Part shown: positions 17,733 to 25,704 of the stretch, piece after piece | How the letters are laid out: every line of letters starts with the position of its first letter | How positions within the stretch are numbered: position 1 is the first letter of the stretch | IMG/VR virus record: IMGVR_UViG_3300028586_000376 | Span: 1 to 42,059 of that record | DNA from: a virus | Taxonomy: Duplodnaviria; Caudoviricetes | Length of the DNA: 42,059 nucleotides | Direction: 5' to 3' (one strand) | Position numbers and translations under genes: made by a program | Notes under the pieces: generated by a model | The model's input: the letters and a program-made list of their open reading frames with translations, nothing else | Database searches by the model: none | What the model was told of the DNA's origin: nothing

Positions 17733-18746
17733 ATGGCGACCCCCCGCCTGGAAAACGCATTTGATCCCGTTACATACACCCGCATCGTCGAAAAGGCTGT
17801 TATGGCCAAGTCGGCTTTGTTTAATTCCACCGCAATCGCTCGGTCGGCTGAATTCGATGACCTCGCACGTAGCGCAGGTACTTCGGTTATCATGCCCTAC
17901 ATCGATGAACTCGACGGCACGGCAGAAGTCGGATCGCGTGACGCGTCCATCCGTGGCGAAGTTCATGCTCTCGCGATGGGCGACGTAAAGGCCCAGAAGG
18001 ATTACCTCAGCCACAGCTGGGGCGTTAGCAAGCTGGACGCGCAGTTGGCTGGCGTTGAGAACGTCCTTCGTACCGACGCAGAACGCACCGCTGGCTTCTG
18101 GGTACGCAACTTCGACCGCCTTCTGCTCAACAAGCTGACCGGCGTTATCGAGAACAACATCGCCAACGACGGCGGCGACATGGTCAAGGACATCAGCAAG
18201 GACACCACCGGTGCCGCTGGTGCTACCAACAAGGCCAGCGCAGAAGCCATTATCGACACCGTTCTTACGATGGGCGATAGCTTCGATGAACTCGGCCTGT
18301 GGGTTTTCCCAACTCAGGTTTATGGCACGCTCCTAAAGCTGGACGCTGCTATGTTTGTTCAGCCTTCGCAGCTTCTGCCATTCCGCACCTACCGTGGCGT
18401 TCCATGCGTCGTCACTGACGGCGTTGCGCCAAAGCAGGGCACCAACCAGAAGATCTTCACCTCGTTCGCACTGGGCGCTGGTTCGGTTCTGTTTGGTTCG
18501 GCAAACGGCCTTGGTGGTGAAAACGTCATCGTCAACGACGAGCACGCCGCTAAGAACATGGGCGCTAAGGACCTCATCACCCGCCAGAATGGTCTAATCA
18601 TGACCATCCAGGGTCACACGTCCAAGGCTCCAATCGTTGGCGCGAACGCTGGCCCAGAAGTCGACGCTTACGCAAACGCCTCTTCGTGGGACCGCGTTTA
18701 CGACCGCAAGTTCGTTCGTATCGCAGCACTTCGCAGCAACGGCTAA
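17733..18746 (+). CDS. Major capsid protein
   Basis: 337 aa, strong GGAGG SD, biased codon use, ends WDRVYDRKFVRIAALRSNG, followed by a terminator. Confidence 0.85.
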   Translation: MATPRLENAFDPVTYTRIVEKAVMAKSALFNSTAIARSAEFDDLARSAGTSVIMPYIDELDGTAEVGSRDASIRGEVHALAMGDVKAQKDYLSHSWGVSKLDAQLAGVENVLRTDAERTAGFWVRNFDRLLLNKLTGVIENNIANDGGDMVKDISKDTTGAAGATNKASAEAIIDTVLTMGDSFDELGLWVFPTQVYGTLLKLDAAMFVQPSQLLPFRTYRGVPCVVTDGVAPKQGTNQKIFTSFALGAGSVLFGSANGLGGENVIVNDEHAAKNMGAKDLITRQNGLIMTIQGHTSKAPIVGANAGPEVDAYANASSWDRVYDRKFVRIAALRSNG

Positions 18747-18762
18747 TCGAGTAGGTTACAAA

Positions 18763-18790
18763 GGAGCCCCGGCGGTAACGTCGGGGCTTC
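18763..18790 (+). terminator. Terminator-like hairpin after the capsid gene
   Basis: GGAGCCCCGGCG-GTAA-CGTCGGGGCTTC. Confidence 0.7.
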
Positions 18791-18802
18791 GTTGTGACTG
18801 AC

Positions 18803-18808
18803 TAAATA
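18803..18808 (+). promoter_or_regulatory. TAAATA motif before the adaptor gene (leaderless spacing)
   Basis: TAAATA-TCGAT-ATG directly after the capsid terminator. Confidence 0.7.
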
Positions 18809-18813
18809 TCGAT

Positions 18814-19203
18814 ATGAACATCGAAACAGCAGACGCATTTCATCTGGTACGCGACAACGTCGATTGGGCTGGCACGAACACCGAGAAGTCGGCTGCTATC
18901 TTGCGGGCTCAGGACTATATTGCCGCCTACTATACATTGAAGCCGGATATTGACCCCAACGAACCGCTTCTGGTGCGCGCAACCTGCTTGCTGGCATTGG
19001 AGTTTTTGAACGGTGCTAATAAGCTAAAAGCCGAACGGGCAGTTATCAAAAGCAAGATCGCCGTCGAAGGCGTTGTGCTTGAGGAATTTGAGTACGCCGA
19101 AGGCTCACCTGATGCTGACCTCTACCCCTTTGTAACCGCCACCCTGCGTCCATTGCTTTCTAGCCAATCTGGCGGCTTTGGCTATATTCAGTTTGTACGC
19201 TAA
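18814..19203 (+). CDS. Head-tail adaptor (DnaT-like family)
   Basis: ADAFH..R...W.....K.AAILRAQDYI...ATCLLAL pattern and position after the capsid gene. Confidence 0.7.
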   Translation: MNIETADAFHLVRDNVDWAGTNTEKSAAILRAQDYIAAYYTLKPDIDPNEPLLVRATCLLALEFLNGANKLKAERAVIKSKIAVEGVVLEEFEYAEGSPDADLYPFVTATLRPLLSSQSGGFGYIQFVR

Positions 19204-19550
19204 TGGAGGCGCTGTACGCACGCGCTCGCCAGAGCGTTAAAGACAAGATCGCCAAGTATGGTGGCACTGCCGTCATAACTCGCACAATCGAGGGCGGGTA
19301 TGACGACGAGGGCAACCTCCTGCCGGTTGTCACGACGAGCAAGAAAATCCGAGCCATCTATCGCGACGGCTCATTCTTCAACGCCGGTTCGTACCTCGCT
19401 GGCAAGGCCAGCTTGCTGCTGGACTTCACATACGCGCCATCGCCCCAGGATCGAGTTTCCATGGGTGGCACCGATTGGACCGTAGATAGCGTCATCGCTG
19501 TAAAACCCGACGGCGTCACGGTCATCAACTACACTGTGGTGTTGGAATAA
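19203..19550 (+). CDS. Head closure / head-tail joining protein
   Basis: IAKYG...GGYDDEG...P.PQDRV...VKPDG; translationally coupled. Confidence 0.65.
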   Translation: MEALYARARQSVKDKIAKYGGTAVITRTIEGGYDDEGNLLPVVTTSKKIRAIYRDGSFFNAGSYLAGKASLLLDFTYAPSPQDRVSMGGTDWTVDSVIAVKPDGVTVINYTVVLE

Positions 19551-19680
19551 TGGCCTCCGGCGTCTCGAACCTCGGCGGTGTCGTGAAGAGCCTTGCGGCA
19601 GCAAAACGCAAAGCGCTGGCCGACGCACAGAAGGTGGTCCGCAATACAGCGAACGGCATCCTTACCGGCGTCGTTGAGGG
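19550..19680 (+). pseudogene. Truncated HK97 gp10-like tail-completion gene
   Basis: Helical N-terminus ends at ...ILTGVVEG and runs out of frame into tape-measure DNA. Confidence 0.55.
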
Positions 19681-22600
19681 CAGGCTCAGGCAGACGTGTC
19701 ACGCATCAGCGCCGTCACTCGAAGTGAGCTGACCAGCACTGCCGTTCTCTATGGCAAGATGGCCGCCAGCGGTAAGAACCTGAATGCCAGTCAGGCACAG
19801 GTCGCACGCGCTACCGAAACTGTCACCAAGTCCTTGAAAGTCAGCGATGCGTCTGCCGGTGAAACAGCTTCCACGGTCCTCCAGCTTGGGCAGGCGCTAT
19901 CGAGCGGCAAGCTGAACGGCGACGAATTCCGCTCCCTTGCTGAGAACGCGCCGCGCTTGATGAAGTTGATGGCCGACAGCATGGGCGTGCCAATCGGTGC
20001 GCTGAAAAAGATGGCCAGTGAGGGCAAGCTGACCAGCGAAAAGCTATTCCGCGCTTTCACGGACCCCAAGTATTTTGCGGCACTCGACGCCGAGGCCAAG
20101 CAGATCCCCGCCACCTTTGGTGACGCATTCACGGCCATTGAGAACGTGGCAACGCGCACCTTTGGCGCGTTCGATAGCGGCGGCGGCTTCAGTCAGGCAC
20201 TCTATAATTTCGCCAATCAGGGCACCGAGAACATGAACAGCATCACCAAGCGCGCAGCAGACGCGGGTGGTGAAATCCGCGATGCGTTCGCGGGTCTGGG
20301 CGATGCTTTCCAGCCGCTGCTCAACGGAGCCAACGGCGTCTTTGATGCTCTGGGTATCCGCATCGGCACTGTGAAAGAGCAGATTAGCGGGTTGCTCGGC
20401 ATCATGGACAACATCGCCAACGCCCCAATCAAGCTACAGAACTGGGCCAACGATGTTGATCGCAGCATCCGTCCCGAGTGGGCGCAGGCAGGTATTCCGA
20501 AGAACCAGCCGCTTCAGAACATGAAGGGCGATTTTAACGCCGGGTTTGAAAAGAGCCGTCGTGATCGCGCGCTAGACAAGCTGATTGCCAACACCCGCAT
20601 TGTGACTGGCGACAGCAGCTTCACCGGCAAGGGTATGACCCCCAAGGCGATCTTCGATAAGTTCTGGCAAGCGATGCCTGCGTATAAGGCTCGTCAGGGC
20701 GGGACCGGTCAGCTTCGTGCGGCTCCCGGCACGTCCACCACGACGAGTGGCGGCAGTGGTAGCGGGCGCAGCCGTCGTGATGTCGATGACATTATGAACA
20801 GCATCGGTGCCCGCGTTACCAGCGGCTACCGCACCTACGAGCATAACAAGGAAGTTGGCGGACAGCCCAACAGCCGCCACCTGACTGGCAACGCCCGTGA
20901 CATTGCGAAGACCAAGGGCATGTCGCTCGGCAAGATCGTCAGCACACTTCGCGAGCAGGGCTATGATGTCGTGGAAAAGCTGGACGAGGGCGATCACTTC
21001 CACGTCGCCTGGAAGGGCAAGGGCGACAAGTCCAAGTCGGAAAGCGAGCGAGCGGCAGTTTCCGCGCAACGTGAAGCTGAGAATCTAGCCGAGCGTCGTC
21101 AAAAGCAGGAAGCTGAATTGTGGTCCACAATGGATAACCAGCTCGCGCTTGCCCGCTTGATGCCAGCCGAGGCCGAGAAGCTGAACGCAGAGCAGGAACT
21201 GACCCAAATCCGCAGTGCCGAAATCACCAAGCAGGACAAGGAGCGCATCGGCGTGCTCATGGATCAGACCCGTGCCGCCAAGCTGCTCACGGAGGTAATC
21301 GCCGCCAACGATAACGGCGCACGCGAACTGGACTTCCAGAAGCGCAAGCTAGGTATGACCGACAAGGAATCCGCAATGGCGGAAGCCGCGTGGGAGTTTG
21401 AAAGCAAGGCCCTCGCTGACAAGGTCGACACCAGCAATGCGCTTTATCAGATCACCCTGGCGACGATCAAAGCCCGTGCTGGTGAGACGTTTGAAATCGA
21501 GAAGCAGAACCGGATGCTCAAGGACCGGGAGAGCTTGCTCAGCGAGTATAGCCCCCGTGAAGCTGACAACCAGCGCCTCGACCAGATTAACGCTGACCGC
21601 AATCGCCTGACGCTTCTACGTAGCAAGCCGGTGGCCGATGGCGGCATCACGGAAGAGCAGTACCGCCGCGCCCTCGATGGTGTGGAGAGGGCCAGCGTCG
21701 AAATCGCAACCCGCTGGGAACGTGAATTTGGTGGCAAAATCGACCAGCTTGGCGAGCAGCTAGGCGGCGTCTTCGGTTCGGCAGTCGGCAAATTCGGCAA
21801 GCTGATTAGCGGTCTGGCTGATGCCGCCGCTGGCAAGTTCAGCGGCCTCGGCCCTCTTGGCAGCGTTATTGACCTGCTGGGCACCAAGAGTGATGGCACG
21901 GCGAATGCTCTGGGTAAGGCAGCAGCTGACGCCAGCAAAAAGAGCCTCGATCAGCTACTTGGCCGGAACGGCGAGACCAGCGCGTTCAAGAATCCACTCA
22001 AGTCGCTGAGCAGCGGCTTCGACGGCTTCAAGACCGACCTCAAGGGCATCTTCGGCAAGAACGGCGATTTCACGAAGGGCATGGGTAGCGTGCTGGGTAA
22101 GGCCGCTGGCGGCATGAAGATGGGCGAGACCGCCGATCAGGTAATGAAAGCCATTGGCCTCAAGTCCAGCAAGCTGGGTAGCCAAATTGGCGGTGCCATC
22201 GGTGGAGCGGTCGCGGGTCCAATCGGCAGCGTAGTTGGTGGTATTGCGGGTGGCCTGTTCGGTGGCCTGTTCAAGAAGTCCAAGCAGGGAAGCGCAGGCC
22301 TCCAGATGGACAGCTTTGGCAACCTCGTTGGCATGGACGCCACCGGTCGCGGCGCTGCGGAGAAGGCGGCGGCACAGGCACTAGCCAGCAGCGTTGCCAG
22401 TGGCCTGAACGGAATCGCATCGGCACTTGGCGGTACCCTGACCGGTACCGGCGGCATCAGCGTTGGTTATCGTCCGGGCCATAAGGCCGGTGCGTATCGC
22501 GTTGATCCGACGGGCCGTGGCGCGGTCAAGGGCGGCAGCGTCATGGCCTTTGAAAACGAAGCTGATGCTATCGCGGCAGCGATCAAGCTGGCCTTGAAGT

Positions 22601-23349
22601 CGGGCATCCTCGATGGCGTATCGGATTTCAGCAAGCGACTGTTGAGCGCGACTGAGAACCTGGATTCTGCTATTGCTTTGGCTACCACCTATGAGAATAT
22701 CCTCAAGGAACTGGCAGCTATCGATGACCCCATTGGCGCTCCGCTAAAGCAACTCAACGAACAGTTCGAGAAGCTCAACAAGAGCATGACGGCCAACGGC
22801 GCAACCGCTGGCGAACTCGCGAATGTGGATCGCTATTACATGGTCCAGCGTCAGAAGATGCTTGAGGATCAGCTTTCCAGCATCAAGAGCCTACAGGATA
22901 AATTGAACGGCGCGGAAAGCGGCGTATCAAGCAAGATCCGTCTGGATAAGCAGCTAAAGGAATTCCGCGCTTACGAGGATACGATTGCCAAGGGTGGCAG
23001 CGTCGATCCAACCAAGTTCGCTGAACTGGGATCGTCCATCTTTGATATCGCCCGCGATCTCTATGGCACGTCCGGTCCTCTTTTCCAGAACATCAGGAAC
23101 GAACTGCTCAACGCCAGCGATGCGATGACCAAGAATGTCGAGTCCATGTACGGCACCAGCAGCGACAGCACGACGGTTGTTCAGGCAGTCGATACGCAGA
23201 CGCAGCTTATCGCGCAGGGCATCAAAGAAACTCAAAAGGGCAACGCAATTCAGGAGCGCATCGCGGCGGCATTGGAAGCTGCCAACGATGTTGAAGGTCT
23301 CATGCGCAATGCCAAGGCAGTCAACGGCTACCAGTACGGAACTGTGTAA
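19678..23349 (+). CDS. Tape measure protein, 5'-truncated, with internal peptidase M15-like domain
   Basis: QLGQALSSGKLNGDEFRSLAENAPRL...GALKKMASEGKLT tape-measure motif at the very start; TSGYR...NSRHLTGNARD...DHFHV; Gly-rich membrane-like repeats. Confidence 0.85.
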   Translation, partial: GQAQADVSRISAVTRSELTSTAVLYGKMAASGKNLNASQAQVARATETVTKSLKVSDASAGETASTVLQLGQALSSGKLNGDEFRSLAENAPRLMKLMADSMGVPIGALKKMASEGKLTSEKLFRAFTDPKYFAALDAEAKQIPATFGDAFTAIENVATRTFGAFDSGGGFSQALYNFANQGTENMNSITKRAADAGGEIRDAFAGLGDAFQPLLNGANGVFDALGIRIGTVKEQISGLLGIMDNIANAPIKLQNWANDVDRSIRPEWAQAGIPKNQPLQNMKGDFNAGFEKSRRDRALDKLIANTRIVTGDSSFTGKGMTPKAIFDKFWQAMPAYKARQGGTGQLRAAPGTSTTTSGGSGSGRSRRDVDDIMNSIGARVTSGYRTYEHNKEVGGQPNSRHLTGNARDIAKTKGMSLGKIVSTLREQGYDVVEKLDEGDHFHVAWKGKGDKSKSESERAAVSAQREAENLAERRQKQEAELWSTMDNQLALARLMPAEAEKLNAEQELTQIRSAEITKQDKERIGVLMDQTRAAKLLTEVIAANDNGARELDFQKRKLGMTDKESAMAEAAWEFESKALADKVDTSNALYQITLATIKARAGETFEIEKQNRMLKDRESLLSEYSPREADNQRLDQINADRNRLTLLRSKPVADGGITEEQYRRALDGVERASVEIATRWEREFGGKIDQLGEQLGGVFGSAVGKFGKLISGLADAAAGKFSGLGPLGSVIDLLGTKSDGTANALGKAAADASKKSLDQLLGRNGETSAFKNPLKSLSSGFDGFKTDLKGIFGKNGDFTKGMGSVLGKAAGGMKMGETADQVMKAIGLKSSKLGSQIGGAIGGAVAGPIGSVVGGIAGGLFGGLFKKSKQGSAGLQMDSFGNLVGMDATGRGAAEKAAAQALASSVASGLNGIASALGGTLTGTGGISVGYRPGHKAGAYRVDPTGRGAVKGGSVMAFENEADAIAAAIKLALKSGILDGVSDFSKRLLSATENLDSAIALATTYENILKELAAIDDPIGAPLKQLNEQFEKLNKSMTANGATAGELANVDRYYMVQRQKMLEDQLSSIKSLQDKLNGAESGVSSKIRLDKQLKEFRAYEDTIAKGGSVDPTKFAELGSSIFDIARDLYGTSGPLFQNIRNELLNASDAMTKNVESMYGTSSDSTTVVQAVDTQTQLIAQGIKETQKGNAIQERIAAALEAANDVEGLMRNAKAVNGYQYGTV

Positions 23350-23367
23350 ATACTCGTGGAGGTAGCC
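23326..23367 (+). promoter_or_regulatory. TAAATA (23347) within hairpin over the RBS
   Basis: GGCTACC 23326-23332 pairs with GGTAGCC 23361-23367. Confidence 0.65.
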
Positions 23368-23368
23368 A

Positions 23369-23740
23369 ATGGCCATTGATAACAATCGCGGTTCGTTCGT
23401 TAAACAGGAATACCGCTACGAAACGGATGACGCGCCAGAGGTGCTGGAAAGGCAGCCAAACGCGCGGACTATCAAGCTGGAAACTAATCTCGACAGCTTG
23501 TCCGCAAAGGCGCTGGCTGTCGAACTGTTGACCGAACACAAACACGTGGCGCAGGCTTACCGCGTTACTGTAGCAGGCGTGGACGTCTGTGAGGACGACA
23601 AGTGGATTGACAGTCCACCGACTTTCTCATGCGTGTTTCCAGACTGGCCGATTGCCCAAACTGATGTGCTGCGCACCGTCACGACAACGACGGATTACAA
23701 TCTCTTCACTACGACAATCACCGCAAAGGGGCCGCAATGA
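23369..23740 (+). CDS. Hypothetical tail-region protein
   Basis: GGAGG SD; position after the tape measure gene. Confidence 0.7.
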   Translation: MAIDNNRGSFVKQEYRYETDDAPEVLERQPNARTIKLETNLDSLSAKALAVELLTEHKHVAQAYRVTVAGVDVCEDDKWIDSPPTFSCVFPDWPIAQTDVLRTVTTTTDYNLFTTTITAKGPQ

Positions 23741-24519
23741 TCGCAGAACCGTTTCTACTGACCAGCAACCCCCTGTTTTACGAGACTACCGGCGTTCAGC
23801 TTGCCAGTTCGCCGGTCGAGAACCTGACAAACGACAACATGGATATGGAGTGGGGTTCGCTGGGCCTCAATGATGTATATTTCGTCCTCCGCAACGTGGG
23901 CGCAGTTGATACGGTTGCCCTGTTGTTCAGCAACCTGCGTCCCGGCGACACACTCAGAGTGAGGGCCGCAAACAGCGTCTCAGCAACCCTGTCAGCCCCT
24001 CTGTGGGATAGCGGGGCGCTTCCCGCAGTCGTGGGCACCCTTGTTGCGCCCTACACGGCAAAGACCCTCATTGACGTTCCTAAGGGGACACAGGCCACCT
24101 ACTGGCGCTTTGATTTCTCGTCTCCCAGCAATCCTGACGGGCAGGTCAAAGCCTCGCGCGTCGTAATGGGCGAACGCTTGGATATCGGAAGTGGTATCGA
24201 CTACGAATGGTCGAAGAGCGTTATTGATGACAGTATCCTCAGCACGGCTCCCAACTATGAAGACGTTCAGGAGTTTCCTAGTCGTCCATCGGTCCAAGCG
24301 ACATTCGGTCAGATGAACGAGCAGGACTTCAATACACTCGATGCGTTCATGATGCGTGTTGGCATGAAGCGCCCAGTGTTGTTCGCACCAGAACCTGCCA
24401 ACTTCGATAGCGTTCAGAGCTGGACAGTTTATGGGCGCATGAAGGTCGCCTACAAGGGCGTAAACCTCTACCACAACTTGTGGGAGAGCGATCTAGAGGT
24501 CGGCGGCCTGAGGGCCTAA
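23737..24519 (+). CDS. Putative tail (distal-tail-like) protein
   Basis: VDTVALLFSNL...WDSG...YWRFDF beta-rich pattern; ATGA overlap with the upstream gene. Confidence 0.65.
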   Translation: MIAEPFLLTSNPLFYETTGVQLASSPVENLTNDNMDMEWGSLGLNDVYFVLRNVGAVDTVALLFSNLRPGDTLRVRAANSVSATLSAPLWDSGALPAVVGTLVAPYTAKTLIDVPKGTQATYWRFDFSSPSNPDGQVKASRVVMGERLDIGSGIDYEWSKSVIDDSILSTAPNYEDVQEFPSRPSVQATFGQMNEQDFNTLDAFMMRVGMKRPVLFAPEPANFDSVQSWTVYGRMKVAYKGVNLYHNLWESDLEVGGLRA

Positions 24520-24581
24520 TAATCGGCTTGTATAGCCAGCGGCCCCCGTTAGTCTGGCCCCTCATGCCGAGGGGCCGGTAA

Positions 24582-25322
24582 ATCGATACTAAGACCATCT
24601 TCGTCAGCTACTCGCACGCAGACCGCGAGTTCGTTGATCGCCTTTTATCGGCGCTGAGGCCGATCGTGGGGGAGCGTGTCGACTTCGTTCTCGACACGCA
24701 GGCAATTCACCCGGGCGATAACCTAACCGCCTCGATTGGCAACCTAATCGAACATAGCGATGGCATGTTGGCCATCCTGCCAAAGCGTGGCAATAGCAGT
24801 TGGTTTTCAGCAGAGATTGCCATTGCGCTGGCCAAGGCTAGTAAAGAGTCTAGTTTTAGCCTGATCCCCATCGTAATTCATCCTGCCGACATACCATACA
24901 TGATGCGAGACAGGCTATACGTTAGCTTCTCTGATCCCAATAGCTTTTCTCCTAACGTCAGGATGATCGCAGAGGCCCTTCTTTCTGATAGGTCTCAACC
25001 CGATTTTAACCCTGCCGACGTTGACGCTATCCGAAAGGCGTCGATAGATGCGAAGCGCGCTCTTCTTGAAATAAACAAGGCGCAGCATGAGCGTCAAAGA
25101 GTCAGCGAGTATCGAGTTGTTGGGCTTGCTGTTGTAGCCTCAGTAATTTCAGTTATCGCTACTGCTGTGCCGTGGATATTTTCAGCGAAGTTGACCTACA
25201 CTCAACTCGGCTCATCGCTGATCGGGTTTCTAATGCTCTTTGTCGGGTTTGCGTTCGGCCGCCTTAGCGCCCATCGCAAATCTCATAGCAAATCCTCCTC
25301 AGCCGGGTCAGAACAACAGTGA
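24582..25322 (+). CDS. TIR-domain protein with two C-terminal TM helices; no canonical start before the TIR first strand
   Basis: In-frame upstream extension IDTKTIFVSYSHADREFVDRL; SSWFSAEI (catalytic Glu position), LIPIV; hydrophobic C-terminus. Confidence 0.8.
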   Translation: MDTKTIFVSYSHADREFVDRLLSALRPIVGERVDFVLDTQAIHPGDNLTASIGNLIEHSDGMLAILPKRGNSSWFSAEIAIALAKASKESSFSLIPIVIHPADIPYMMRDRLYVSFSDPNSFSPNVRMIAEALLSDRSQPDFNPADVDAIRKASIDAKRALLEINKAQHERQRVSEYRVVGLAVVASVISVIATAVPWIFSAKLTYTQLGSSLIGFLMLFVGFAFGRLSAHRKSHSKSSSAGSEQQ

Positions 25323-25657
25323 GCGGCGATCTCAATGCTATCACCTTTGCTCGCGCAGAGGAGCAGCTTAGGCAAGAACGAGAGGCCTTTGATCAATTGA
25401 AATCTAAGGACATTATGTGGTTCTACCTTCGATTAGTCGTCGGCAGTACCTCTATCGTTCTTTTAATTGCCGTAATAGCCATTTGCTGCTATATATTCTT
25501 GAACAATAAATACTTTCCTGAATTCGTCATTAAGGCTGCCAGTGTCGCACTTTTTGGGGACGTTCTCGGTCTCATAGTTTTGGTGTGGAAGGTCATTTTG
25601 AACACTGGGGATACCAAGGTCCTCGCACCAGTTACGAAGGCAATAGCAGAGGCTTAA
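25319..25657 (+). CDS. Small two-TM membrane protein
   Basis: Two hydrophobic helices; GTGA overlap with the TIR gene; AT-rich. Confidence 0.75.
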   Translation: MSGDLNAITFARAEEQLRQEREAFDQLKSKDIMWFYLRLVVGSTSIVLLIAVIAICCYIFLNNKYFPEFVIKAASVALFGDVLGLIVLVWKVILNTGDTKVLAPVTKAIAEA

Positions 25658-25664
25658 CTACGGC

Positions 25665-25704
25665 CTCTGCCCGCTAAATATCGGAAACGATATGAGGTGC
25701 GGAG
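25665..25704 (+). promoter_or_regulatory. TAAATA (25675) within hairpin before the tail-tip gene
   Basis: CTCTGC/GCGGAG outer stem and ATATCG-GAAA-CGATAT inner stem. Confidence 0.65.

Noticed and set aside
25507-25512. TAAATA inside the small TM gene
   Set aside because: Intragenic in AT-rich cargo; probably chance and not counted as a promoter.
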